Origin: Verrucomicrobiota bacterium
Lineage (GTDB): Bacteria; Verrucomicrobiota; Verrucomicrobiia; Limisphaerales; JAXMHQ01
Length of the DNA stretch: 64,000 nt
Assembly (NCBI GenBank): GCA_046346665.1
Contig: JAXMHQ010000014.1
Span: forward strand, 41,877-105,876
Direction: 5' to 3'
Made by a program: the position numbers and the translations under genes. Under the pieces are notes generated by a model. That model worked only from the letters and a program-made list of their open reading frames with translations, was not told where the DNA came from and did not search any database. This document shows positions 1-8,478 of this stretch, piece after piece (position 1 is the stretch's first letter; the number at the start of each line of letters is the position of its first letter).

Positions 1-43
1 CCTGCGCCTTTGCCATCCGAAAGCTGGGTTCCTGAAAAGGCCT

Positions 44-83
44 GGGACGCCGGGGACGGCGTCCCTCCCATCGCGCGGGAGGG
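44..83 (-). terminator. paired GC-rich hairpins 3' of the CE15-like gene (terminator-like or REP-like, GGAGGGACG family)
   Basis: gggacgcc 44-51 pairs with ggcgtccc 58-65. ccctccc 63-69 pairs with gggaggg 77-83. Read on the minus strand the hairpins are followed by aggccTTTTc. The T run is short, so this is weak as an intrinsic terminator. Confidence 0.3.
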
Positions 84-101
84 CTGGCGTCCTCGTCGGC
101 C

Positions 102-1529
102 CTAATCAAGGTGTATGTAGCGGCCGGCCCAGGTGAGGAACGCGGGCCAGTTTGGTCCGGTGGTGTGGCCGCCGCTGTGCTGACGCCAGGCCAGATCGCC
201 GTTTGTCAGACCGGTTTCCACCGGCGGCATTTCCGTCGCACCCAGCGCGTGTTTGCCCAGCAACTCATAAACCGGTCCCGCAGCCATCGCGGCCAGAAAA
301 CTCCCCCGCTGATCCACCCATTGGCCCTCCGCTCCCGGCCCGGAGGCCGCACCGTAACTGATGAACACCGGCCGCGGCGCGCACAGCGCGATCAGTTCAT
401 GCGAATCCACCGGCAGATCCCCCGGCGTCAGCGGTCCGCCGTACTTGATAAAATTGCCCGCCATCCAGTGGTATTCACCGGAGCTGGTCAGGTTTTCCAC
501 ACGCTCTCCAAGATCGTGCCGATGCAGCTTCGCGCCGCCTTCGCCCGACGACCCGATGAACCCGATCGCGAACCGCTGATCGTAGGCCATCGCCACCAGC
601 GCCGCCTTGCCGTAGCGCGATAATCCCTCGATCCCGACCTGCTTCGCGTCCACCGATTTGTCGGTCTCGAAATAATCCAGCGCCCGGCTGGCGCCCCACG
701 CCCACGCCCGCAGCGCACCCCAATCGTCCGGTTTGCGCGGCTGCCCCTTGTTGCACAATCCAATGATCCCCTTCGTCAACCCGGCGCCGTTGTCCGCCTG
801 GTAACTCGCCGGCACGATCACCGCGCAACCCCAGCCTTTCGCCAGCACTTGCTGCTGCCACGTCGGCCCCGGCGGCGGCGCGAACCCGCGCCCGGGCGCG
901 TTTGTGCCGGCAATTCCATTCGTCCCGGCCACGGAATTGGTCCTCCGCCCGAACATGCCGGGCCCGAAATTGAATCCGAATTCCATCATCACCGGCACGG
1001 GTCCAGCCGCCTTCGCGGGCGTGGTGAGGGTCAGGTCGATGTCGACCTTGATCTGCGGGCAGGCGGAATTATCGACGTGTCCGAGCAGGTGTTTGGTGAC
1101 GACGGGAATGTCGCCGATGTTCGTGGCCACCGTGCTGACAATCTCCCAGGTCACCGGCGGCACCTGTTTCGGCACGCGCCCATAGACCTCGCGATCGAAC
1201 AACTCCACGAGTTCGGGCCGGCGCTGTTTCCACCACATCTCCGGCGTGGTCACGGGCGTCCCGTCGTTCAACACCAGCACCGGCGGCAGGTTGGTCCACT
1301 TGTTGGCTTTCGACTCGTCGTAATTGACCGCGTTGGGAGCGGACGGATTGTTCGGGTTCGCGCCGTCGCGTACCGACGCGATCCCGAGCGCCTTCATCAT
1401 GAGCGCGTGGTCTTCGGCGGCAGTGAGGTTGAGCGGGCCGGGACCGTTGGTCTGGCTGAAACAGGCCTGCGCCGGGCCCGCGACGAGGAGGGCAACCACG
1501 CCCGACTTCGCGAGAAGCGAATAGTTCAT
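102..1529 (-). CDS. secreted alpha/beta hydrolase, CE15 glucuronoyl-esterase-like
   Basis: 475-aa ORF with a signal-like N-terminus (LLAKSGVVALLVAGPAQA). The motif GLSRYGKAAL resembles the G-x-S-R-x-G-K nucleophile motif of CE15 esterases. Family call is from motif memory only. Confidence 0.6.
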   Translation of the reverse strand: MNYSLLAKSGVVALLVAGPAQACFSQTNGPGPLNLTAAEDHALMMKALGIASVRDGANPNNPSAPNAVNYDESKANKWTNLPPVLVLNDGTPVTTPEMWWKQRRPELVELFDREVYGRVPKQVPPVTWEIVSTVATNIGDIPVVTKHLLGHVDNSACPQIKVDIDLTLTTPAKAAGPVPVMMEFGFNFGPGMFGRRTNSVAGTNGIAGTNAPGRGFAPPPGPTWQQQVLAKGWGCAVIVPASYQADNGAGLTKGIIGLCNKGQPRKPDDWGALRAWAWGASRALDYFETDKSVDAKQVGIEGLSRYGKAALVAMAYDQRFAIGFIGSSGEGGAKLHRHDLGERVENLTSSGEYHWMAGNFIKYGGPLTPGDLPVDSHELIALCAPRPVFISYGAASGPGAEGQWVDQRGSFLAAMAAGPVYELLGKHALGATEMPPVETGLTNGDLAWRQHSGGHTTGPNWPAFLTWAGRYIHLD

Positions 1530-1542
1530 GGGAATCGAGGAA

Positions 1543-2550
1543 TCAGCCCTGCTTCAACCATCGCGCCACGTCGACCGCGGCGTAGGTGATCAAAATGTCG
1601 GCACCCGCCCGTCGCATCGCCAGCAGGCTCTCCAGCGTCACACCCCGCTCGTCCACCCAGCCGTTCGCCGCCGCCGCTTTCATCATCGAATATTCCGCGC
1701 TCACCGAATACGCCGCGGTGGGATAACCAAACTCGGATTTCACCCGGTAAAGAATGTCCAGGTACGCCAGCGCCGGTTTCACCATGACAATGTCCGCGCC
1801 TTCCTGGATGTCCAGCGCCACCTCGCGCATCGCCTCGGCCGCGTTCGCCGCATCCATCTGGTAACTGCGACGGTCGCCGAATTTGGGCGTGGATTCCGCC
1901 GCCTCCCGGAACGGGCCGTAATAGGCCGATGCAAACTTGGCCGCATACGACATGATCGGCGTGTCTTCGAAACCCTCCGCATCCAGCTTCTCCCGGATCG
2001 CCCGCACACGGCCGTCCATCATGTCGCTCGGCGCCACCATGTCCGCGCCCGCTTCCGCGTGGCTCGCCGCCGCGCGCGCCAGCAGCCCCAGCGTGGGATC
2101 ATTCAGAATCCGGGCGCCGGATTTGCCCTGCTGCACGATCCCGCAATGGCCGTGCTCCATGTATTCGCACAAACAGACGTCGGTGATCACCAGCAGCGAA
2201 GGCAATTCGCGCTTGAGCAGCCGGATCGTTTGCTGAACCGCGCCCTTCGCCGCGTACGCTTCCGAGGCTTTCGCGTCCTTGCGATCCGGGATGCCGAACA
2301 GCAGCACGGCCGGCACTCCCGCCTTGACCGCCGCCTCGGCGTCGCGCAGGAGTTCGTCCGGCGACAACTGGAACACGCCGGGCATGGCCTGGATCGGTCG
2401 ACGCAGCTTGCGGCCGGACCGGACAAACAACGGCCACACCAGGTGGGACGCGCTCAACTGGGTTTCGCTCACCAGGCGCCGCAGGGCGGCGGACTGTCGC
2501 AGCCGCCGCGGCCGATAAGCGGGAAATGAACCGGTGCTGATCGTGTTCAT
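1543..2550 (-). CDS. hemB: porphobilinogen synthase (delta-aminolevulinate dehydratase)
   Basis: 335 aa. Starts RPRRLR. Cysteine-rich Zn site DVCLCEYMEHGHCG. SYAAKFASAYYGPFREA and VKPALAYLDI are typical HemB blocks. Confidence 0.95.
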   Translation of the reverse strand: MNTISTGSFPAYRPRRLRQSAALRRLVSETQLSASHLVWPLFVRSGRKLRRPIQAMPGVFQLSPDELLRDAEAAVKAGVPAVLLFGIPDRKDAKASEAYAAKGAVQQTIRLLKRELPSLLVITDVCLCEYMEHGHCGIVQQGKSGARILNDPTLGLLARAAASHAEAGADMVAPSDMMDGRVRAIREKLDAEGFEDTPIMSYAAKFASAYYGPFREAAESTPKFGDRRSYQMDAANAAEAMREVALDIQEGADIVMVKPALAYLDILYRVKSEFGYPTAAYSVSAEYSMMKAAAANGWVDERGVTLESLLAMRRAGADILITYAAVDVARWLKQG

Positions 2551-2588
2551 GGTCCCAGCATAGTTGAACCGCGAATCGGGGAAAAGAT

Positions 2589-2711
2589 TTTAACCGCGAA
2601 TGAACGCGAATCGACGCGAATAGGGGATGGTGAGAATCGTCTGGGGATTGTTTCTGGTTTGGTTGAAAGTCGAAAGCTATTCGCGTTCCTTTGCGTTCAT
2701 TCGCGGTTAAA
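2589..2711. repeat. 123-bp palindromic REP/MITE-like element built from CGCGAA decamers
   Basis: Left arm 2589-2622 (tttaaccgcgaatgaacgcgaatcgacgcgaata) matches the reverse complement of right arm 2678-2711 at 30 of 34 positions. The arms contain tandem 10-mers (tgaacgcgaa, tcgacgcgaa). TTAA sits at both outer ends. Confidence 0.6.
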
Positions 2712-2754
2712 CCTTTGTCTTTAGATTTGCGGGGGAGCGGTTTAAACTCGGCCC

Positions 2755-3357
2755 ATGACCAAGTTTCGGCGGATCCTGGTCCTGCTCGGGCTGACGTGCC
2801 TGTTTGTCATTGGCATTTATTGCGGCATCCAGGTCTCGCGCTGGTTCGGCCTCGGCCAGCGGGTCCGATACAACACCGTCGCCCTGCTCAAACAGGTCCA
2901 ACCCCTCTCCGACCTGGTCACCGTCAAATACATCATCGAAAAAGCCGAGGTCTGGAATGATCCGCCCCAGAACCTGATCGGCCAGATGTTCGCGGGGGAC
3001 AATCATATCCTCATCCTCGCCCACGGCGTCGTGAAAGCCGGGGTCGACCTCTCGAAACTCAAGCCTGAAGATCTCGAAATCGACGGCAAAAATCTCCTGG
3101 TAAAACTGCCGCCGGCCCAGGTCACCGACGCCTACCTCGACGACGGGCAGACCAAGGTGATCGAGCGCACCACGGGTTTCCTGCGGTCGTTCGACAAGGA
3201 CCTGGAACAAAACATCCGGCAGATGGCCGTGGAAGACATCCGGCTGGCGGCGCTCCGCGGAGGCATCCGGCAGGAGGCGGAAGAACGCGCCCGCGCCGTG
3301 CTGACGAATTTGTTCCGCGAACTCGGATTCGACCGCGTCCGGTTCAAGACCATCTGA
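2755..3357 (+). CDS. DUF4230-like membrane-anchored protein
   Basis: 200 aa with an N-terminal TM (ILVLLGLTCLFVIGIYCGI). The pattern LVTVKYII...VKAGVDLSKL...LLVKLPPAQV...A(x)EERARAVL matches my memory of DUF4230. Confidence 0.7.
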   Translation: MTKFRRILVLLGLTCLFVIGIYCGIQVSRWFGLGQRVRYNTVALLKQVQPLSDLVTVKYIIEKAEVWNDPPQNLIGQMFAGDNHILILAHGVVKAGVDLSKLKPEDLEIDGKNLLVKLPPAQVTDAYLDDGQTKVIERTTGFLRSFDKDLEQNIRQMAVEDIRLAALRGGIRQEAEERARAVLTNLFRELGFDRVRFKTI

Positions 3358-3415
3358 GAGACACCGCGCGGATGGATTCCAAAGGTGGGGCGAGACTCCG
3401 TCGAGCCCTCTCTGA

Positions 3416-3440
3416 GATTTCAAATTTGAAATTTCAAATC
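3416..3440. repeat. AT-rich interlocking palindromes (gatttcaaatttgaaatttcaaatc)
   Basis: atttcaaatttgaaat (3417-3432) is a perfect 16-nt palindrome. A similar cgaatttcgaatttcgaa motif recurs at 59887-59904. Confidence 0.4.
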
Positions 3441-3470
3441 TATAGCGGTTTAACATAAACCGTAGCCGCA

Positions 3471-3492
3471 GGTAGGGACGCCGCGCTGCTGT
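3471..3492. repeat. outer inverted-repeat arm flanking the IS (ggtagggacgccgcgctgctgt)
   Basis: Perfect 22/22 reverse-complement match to 4837-4858. It shares the G(G/T)AGGGACG core with the hairpins at 44-83 and 50025-50096. Confidence 0.7.
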
Positions 3493-3509
3493 CGAGTTGT
3501 CAAGACATA

Positions 3510-4820
3510 GGTAACAGCGTACGCAGGACATGGGTAACACTAGAGGGGGTCGGTGAGGCAGTGGATGAATGCGGCAGTGTGGCCGTGTTCCAGGTCGATT
3601 TGACGAATGTACATATTGCGAAAGCGTACCAGCAGTTCTCCGCCGATTTGTTCGATAGCGACGTGGTGGTGGATCAGCGCTTCACACACGAAATATCGGC
3701 CACCCTCCCACCGGATCATGCCGTTGGCATCCACACGCAGCACCTCCAGCTCTTCGGGGTATTGCCAGGGCGCCACTTGAGCTTGGTAAACCCGCTCGCT
3801 CCGCCGATACCGTTGCGCCGGAGTTTGCATGCCCAATGACTCGTGGGGCCGAATGCAATTATACCGTTGCAAAAAACTGTCATAACGTCCCTGCCACTGC
3901 TCCCACTCTGTCGGCAGGCCTTGCTTGACCATGCTGCGGGCCAACGTTCCGTGGAAGCGCTCCACTTTGCCTTGAGTCTGCGGGTGACGCACTCGCCCGA
4001 AAATTAAATCGATATCGTGCTCAATCAGGAACACGGACAAACGCGACAGGCCCCACCCGTTCTTATGGGCCCACCACGGGGTGCCGTGATCCATCAGCAT
4101 CTGCCGCGGTTGGCCACAGCGCTCGAACACATCAATAAAACAGTCCCTCACTCGCTCCCAGCAGTGATCACGCATCGCGTAGAGCCCAATACCATACCGG
4201 CTGTGATCATCCAACACGCTCAAAGGTTCATCCCTCACGCCACTTCGTCCCATTGGTCCTTTGAAATCCACCTGAAACAACTCATTGGGTTGGCCTCGCT
4301 CAAAGCGATGGGGCGCGGGAGTATGTTGATCGAGCAGATGCACCTGCCCATGCCGCAGCAGGACCCGGTGCACGGTGGCCGTCGACACCTTCCACCCCTC
4401 CTGCCATAGCAAATGCGCAATCTTCCGTGCTCCCCAACCGTCAGGATGCCGCAACTCCAATATCCGTTCTTCCAAAGGGCCTGCGGTTCGCCTGGGACTG
4501 CGCCGTGGCCGGCGCGATCGTTCCTGTAGCGCCGTTAAACTGCCTTCCTGCTGGTAACGCTTGCGCCACTTGTAACCGGTTTTACGAGAAATCCCAAACT
4601 GCTGGCATAGCTCGGACATCGCTCCTTTGGGAAGCTGTTGAACCTGCGTAATGAAAGCGATCTTCTGTTGCATCGGGTTGGTGTGCATCCAAGACATGGC
4701 TCAACTCTAACCCCTCTAACCCACCTAAAACCAGGCGGCGCAGTGCGGCGAGCCTCCAGCTCGCTGCGCCGCCCGTCGCCTGCCCAAACCTGTTACCCAT
4801 GTCCTGCGTACACTGTTACC
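3510..4820 (-). mobile_element. IS481-family insertion sequence (core boundaries; maximal extent 3471-4858)
   Basis: 30-bp terminal inverted repeats 3510-3539 (ggtaacagcgtacgcaggacatgggtaaca) and 4791-4820, 29/30 matching. They enclose a single intact DDE transposase ORF whose stop abuts the IR. Composition is visibly less GC-rich than the neighbours. No direct-repeat target duplication is visible. Confidence 0.85.
3540..4697 (-). CDS. IS481-family transposase (HTH plus rve/DDE integrase core)
   Basis: 385 aa. N-terminal HTH (FGISRKTGYKWRKRY). WQVDFK-like LFQVDFKG. DDHSRY, then MLMDHGTPW, then GKVERFH, which are the D, D, E region blocks typical of IS481/IS3-like rve transposases. Confidence 0.9.
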   Translation of the reverse strand: MSWMHTNPMQQKIAFITQVQQLPKGAMSELCQQFGISRKTGYKWRKRYQQEGSLTALQERSRRPRRSPRRTAGPLEERILELRHPDGWGARKIAHLLWQEGWKVSTATVHRVLLRHGQVHLLDQHTPAPHRFERGQPNELFQVDFKGPMGRSGVRDEPLSVLDDHSRYGIGLYAMRDHCWERVRDCFIDVFERCGQPRQMLMDHGTPWWAHKNGWGLSRLSVFLIEHDIDLIFGRVRHPQTQGKVERFHGTLARSMVKQGLPTEWEQWQGRYDSFLQRYNCIRPHESLGMQTPAQRYRRSERVYQAQVAPWQYPEELEVLRVDANGMIRWEGGRYFVCEALIHHHVAIEQIGGELLVRFRNMYIRQIDLEHGHTAAFIHCLTDPL

Positions 4821-4836
4821 GATGTGTTGATACTGT

Positions 4837-4858
4837 ACAGCAGCGCGGCGTCCCTACC
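4837..4858. repeat. outer inverted-repeat arm flanking the IS (acagcagcgcggcgtccctacc)
   Basis: Perfect reverse complement of 3471-3492. Confidence 0.7.
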
Positions 4859-4944
4859 GTCTGAATTCCATGATCGCGCGATGGATCCGCAATCTGACGA
4901 TTGCGGCTACGGGGGAGGAGCGCCGCATCTGGCGGTTGCGGGGT

Positions 4945-5307
4945 TCAGATGCCGCGTTTATTGACGATGCGGTTTTTTCGGCCGAGGACGATGACGCGGG
5001 GTTTCCAGTTTTTTGCCTTGGTTTTCCCGGCGTTGGTGAAGCTCATGATGGTGAGTTGGTCGCCTTTTTTGCCGAGGTGCGCGGCGGCGCCGTTGAGGAC
5101 GATCTGGCCGGAGCCGGCTTCGCCGCGGATGGCGTAGGTTTCGAACCGGTTCCCGTTGGCCATGTTGCTGCAGAGGATGCGTTCGTATTCGACCATGCCG
5201 ACGCGGTCCATGAGGTCGGAGGCGATGGTGAGGCTGCCTTCGTAGCGGACATTGCCGCCGGTGACGGTTGCCCGGTGGATCTTCGATTTCAGCAAACAAA
5301 ACTGCAT
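4945..5307 (-). CDS. panD: aspartate 1-decarboxylase
   Basis: MQFCLLKSKIHRATVTGGNVRYEGSLTIASDLMD includes the G-S self-processing site context. Start moved from the track start (5352) to the ATG at 5307, where PanD homology begins. Confidence 0.9.
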   Translation of the reverse strand: MQFCLLKSKIHRATVTGGNVRYEGSLTIASDLMDRVGMVEYERILCSNMANGNRFETYAIRGEAGSGQIVLNGAAAHLGKKGDQLTIMSFTNAGKTKAKNWKPRVIVLGRKNRIVNKRGI

Positions 5308-5392
5308 GATTGGCGCCGCCGGGTCCGATGCGGACGAGGAGGCGGGTGACAATATAGAGGCTGCGGAGCGTGATTCAACTACGGAATCGTGT

Positions 5393-5469
5393 CAGGTTGC
5401 TGGTTGCTGGTTGGGCGCGCGTTGGTCCGACAGGAACCTGCAACCAGGAACCCGCAACCTGCAACCACC
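5393..5469. repeat. GCAACC-rich imperfect inverted repeat (REP-like)
   Basis: caggttgctggttgctggttg (5393-5413) faces caggaacctgcaaccaggaacccgcaacctgcaaccacc (5431-5469). It lies in the panD / kinase spacer. Confidence 0.4.
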
Positions 5470-5472
5470 GGC

Positions 5473-6759
5473 CTACTTCATCAATTTGGCGGCGGGGAGG
5501 TAGACGTCGAAGGTGGTGCCGGCGCCGAGTTTGGTTTGGACGTGGAACGCGCCTTTGGCTTCCTTGATGAGGCGCTGGACGATATTGAGTCCGAGTCCGG
5601 TGCCTTGTTTGGGGCCCTTGGTGGTGAAGTAGGGCTGGAAAATTTTGGGGAGGATTTCGGGCGGGATGCCGGGGCCGTTATCCTGGACGGAGACCTGGAA
5701 GAGCGGGGCGACGTTGGCGAAGCTTTCGACGTTGATGAACCGTGATTCGGGACCGTCTTTGAAGGTGGTGAGGTCGAGGGGTTCCTGGAGGATTTTGCCG
5801 CGGATTTTAACCGTGTGGGTTTGGGGCGAGCACTGGAAGGCGTTGACGGTGAGGTTGAGCAGGATCTGGATGAGATCCGTGCCGTTCATGCGGACGCCGA
5901 TGTCCTCGGGGAGTTGTTCGATGGAGAACTCGTTATTCTGGAGGCTGGGGTGGACGCGGATGAGGTGGCTGAGGTCGTTGAAAAGCTGGTTGACGCCGAT
6001 GCGTGGGGCTTCGTCGGTCTGGCGGCGGAGGAAGCTGAGGTAGCGGCGGGAGATTTCGATGCAATTGGTGACCTGGCGGGTGATGATTTTGAGGCGGTCC
6101 TTGAGGAACTCGAGGTCATCGGCTTCGAGTTTGGTGGCGTTGCCGAACCGGGCGTTCATGAGCTGGATGAAGCCGGAGATGACGGTGAGGGGGCCGTTGA
6201 TGTCGTGGATGATGCTGGCGTAGATTTCGCCGCGGGTATTGGCGATTTGCTCGCCGATCTTCTGGTTCTGGAGCTCGATCATGAGCTCCTTGAGTTGTTC
6301 GGCGTTGTTATGGATTTCGCTTTCCAGCGTGCGCCGCTGCATGGCATTGGCCACGGCCGTGCGCATGGTGGCGATGTCGAAGGGTTTGTTGATGTAATCG
6401 CAGGCGCGGAGGCGGAGGGCCTGGCGCATGGTGTCGGTGGTTTCGAAGGCGGTCATCATGACGACCTCGATGGCGGGGTCGACGTATTTGAGTCGTTCGA
6501 GGACCTCGATGCCGCTCATGCCGGACATGCGGATATCGCAGACGGCGACGTCGATGCGGTTTTTCTGGACGAGTTCGACGGCCTGGGCGCCGTCGCTGGC
6601 CATGAGGATGTCGTAATCGTCCTTGAAGATGACGCGGATGGACTGGCGCGGACCGTCTTCATCGTCGACGACGAGCAGCGTGCCGCGGCGGCGCGGGGGT
6701 TCGGGGGCTGAAACCGCGGCGGGAGATTCGGGCATCGGGGGGGAGGAGGACATAGTCAA
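5473..6759 (-). CDS. receiver-histidine kinase fusion (REC-HisKA-HATPase)
   Basis: 428 aa. REC: LLVVDDEDG...DVAVCDIRMSGMSGIEVL...INKPFD. H-box-like IIHDINGPLTVISGF. HATPase: QDNGPGIPPE, GTGLGLNIV. Confidence 0.85.
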   Translation of the reverse strand: MTMSSSPPMPESPAAVSAPEPPRRRGTLLVVDDEDGPRQSIRVIFKDDYDILMASDGAQAVELVQKNRIDVAVCDIRMSGMSGIEVLERLKYVDPAIEVVMMTAFETTDTMRQALRLRACDYINKPFDIATMRTAVANAMQRRTLESEIHNNAEQLKELMIELQNQKIGEQIANTRGEIYASIIHDINGPLTVISGFIQLMNARFGNATKLEADDLEFLKDRLKIITRQVTNCIEISRRYLSFLRRQTDEAPRIGVNQLFNDLSHLIRVHPSLQNNEFSIEQLPEDIGVRMNGTDLIQILLNLTVNAFQCSPQTHTVKIRGKILQEPLDLTTFKDGPESRFINVESFANVAPLFQVSVQDNGPGIPPEILPKIFQPYFTTKGPKQGTGLGLNIVQRLIKEAKGAFHVQTKLGAGTTFDVYLPAAKLMK

Positions 6760-6858
6760 TTCAATCGGGATGCAATCCCTGCGGTTGAGAGCACCTGCTT
6801 AGACACGAGGGTCATCCTACAAAACCGCGGGGGGCGGACAAGGGAAATTCTGACGGGC

Positions 6859-7749
6859 TCAGGGAGTGACGACGCGGAGGGCGGCGGGCTGGACGGTGAA
6901 GGTGGCGGGGAGGCGTCCGATCCATTCGCCGTCGATTTCGAGGGGAGCGGGAGGGTGGCTGTTGAGGGTGAAGGAGTCGCACTGGATTTCGCGGAGGGCG
7001 CCGGGCGGGAGGCGCCGGCGCAGCAGGAGTGAGGCGGCGCAGCGGAGGAGGGTGATCCATCCGGCGCGCGGGAAGAGGCAGAGATCGAGTTGGCCGTCGT
7101 GCGGGCTGGCATTGGGGAAGCAATTGAACGAGCCGCCGTAGAGCCGTCCGTTGCCGACGAGGGCGAGTTGGCCGGTTTCGCGGCGGCTGCCGGACTGGGC
7201 GGTGATGTTGAACGGGGGCCGGAACATGGCGTGGAAACCGGCGGCGACGTAGGCGCCGGGGCCGATGAGTTTCTTGAGGTTCCAGGAGACGAGTTCGATG
7301 GCGTGGGCGTCGAGCCCGGCGCCGGCGAGCTGGGCGAAGCAGCGTTTTTCGGGTCCGTGCGGGCCGGAGAATTCGACCCAGGGCAGGTCGACGCGGGTTT
7401 CGTGTCCGGCGAGGAGGGTTTGCCAGGCGCCGTCGAAGGATCGGGGGATTTTGAGTTCGCGGGCGAACACGTTGATGGTGCCGAGCGGGAGGAGTCCGAG
7501 CCGGGCGCGGTCGAGTCCGCCGGGTGCATCGGCGATTCCGTTGAGCACTTCGTTGACGGTGCCGTCGCCGCCTGCGGCGATGATGGTGGTGAAGCCTTCG
7601 AGGACGGCGTTTGTGGCGAGGCGCCGGGCGTCGCCTGGGGTGGCGGTTTGTCTCAGGGCGCATTCGGCGCCGACGAGACCGAGCTGATTCCGGAACTGGC
7701 GGGCCCGTTCGCCGCGGGCGGCCGGGTTGAAGATGACGCATCGCCGCAT
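6859..7749 (-). CDS. diacylglycerol/lipid kinase family protein (YegS/BmrU-like)
   Basis: MRRCVIFNPAARG...IIAAGGDGTVNEV...LGLLPLGTINVFAREL is the DAGK catalytic-domain signature. The start is placed at the ATG at 7749. The upstream 100 codons of the track ORF are Pro-rich with no homology signal. Confidence 0.85.
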   Translation of the reverse strand: MRRCVIFNPAARGERARQFRNQLGLVGAECALRQTATPGDARRLATNAVLEGFTTIIAAGGDGTVNEVLNGIADAPGGLDRARLGLLPLGTINVFARELKIPRSFDGAWQTLLAGHETRVDLPWVEFSGPHGPEKRCFAQLAGAGLDAHAIELVSWNLKKLIGPGAYVAAGFHAMFRPPFNITAQSGSRRETGQLALVGNGRLYGGSFNCFPNASPHDGQLDLCLFPRAGWITLLRCAASLLLRRRLPPGALREIQCDSFTLNSHPPAPLEIDGEWIGRLPATFTVQPAALRVVTP

Positions 7750-7795
7750 CGCGCATATTTGCGGCGGTGAGGCGCGGGGAGTCGAGGAGAATTCT

Positions 7796-8401
7796 TCAGG
7801 GCGACCCGGCGGGGGCGGGCATATGGAGCGTGCGCGATCCGTGGCGGGCGGGGCCTGCGGGCCGGTTGGTTCCGGCGGATTGCTGAAATGCTTGGGTTTG
7901 GCGGGCGCCGGCGAAATCGGTGAGCGCGGGCAGTTCGAGGTAATCGGCGGCGGCGACCAGGTCTGATTTTTCGTCGGGATCGGCGGTTTGGGCGGCTTGT
8001 TCGCGGAGGCGGGGGGCGGCGGATCGGTCGCCGAGCTGGACGAGGGCATCGACGGCGGCGGAGCGGATGAGGCGATTGGTGTTCTGGAGTTCCGAGAGCA
8101 GGGTATCGCGGGCGCCGGGCGGTTCGGTCATGGCGATGGACATTAATTCCGCGGCGCGTTCGTCGGCGGCCTGGGCGGGGTCGACCTCCCGGGCTGGGTT
8201 ATCGGTGGTGAGGGCGATGGGAGCGTTGGTGTCGTTAGGGAGCGAGGCTGCTTCGTCGAGACTGGCGGGGGAAGTTTGCAGGGTCAGGGCGGGTGAAATC
8301 GCGCTGGTGGCGGCCGGCTGTGGGAGGCGGCTGTAGAGGAGGAGGATGGCGGCGAGCGCGGCGGCGGCGAGGAGGAAGAGGATGGCGGGGAGTGACTTCA
8401 C
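7796..8401 (-). CDS. membrane-anchored hypothetical protein with HEAT-like repeat
   Basis: 201 aa. N-terminal TM (LPAILFLLAAAALAAILLLY). LIRSAAVDALVQLGDRSAAPRL resembles PBS-lyase/HEAT repeats. Codon pattern is consistent with its neighbours. Confidence 0.5.
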   Translation of the reverse strand: MKSLPAILFLLAAAALAAILLLYSRLPQPAATSAISPALTLQTSPASLDEAASLPNDTNAPIALTTDNPAREVDPAQAADERAAELMSIAMTEPPGARDTLLSELQNTNRLIRSAAVDALVQLGDRSAAPRLREQAAQTADPDEKSDLVAAADYLELPALTDFAGARQTQAFQQSAGTNRPAGPARHGSRTLHMPAPAGSP

Positions 8402-8478
8402 GGGCTTAGTGCGGCCGGGTCCGGCGCGCTGCTGTGGCGTGCGGGACCCGGCGGCGGGAGAGGGGCCCTGCGGGCGGG

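Noticed and set aside
2707-3540. 277-aa minus-strand ORF covering the DUF4230 gene and the repeat-rich spacer
   Set aside because: Its N-terminal part is translated from REP-like and palindromic intergenic repeats (RPYLRLRFMLNRYRFEISNLKSQRGLDGVSPH). The rest is antisense to a gene with a coherent family pattern.
3358-4944. Replication origin at the plus-strand C-rich to G-rich skew switch
   Set aside because: The skew reverses again only ~15 kb later (near 19150). I saw no dnaA/dnaN genes or cluster of DnaA-box-like 9-mers here, and the interval is mostly occupied by the IS.
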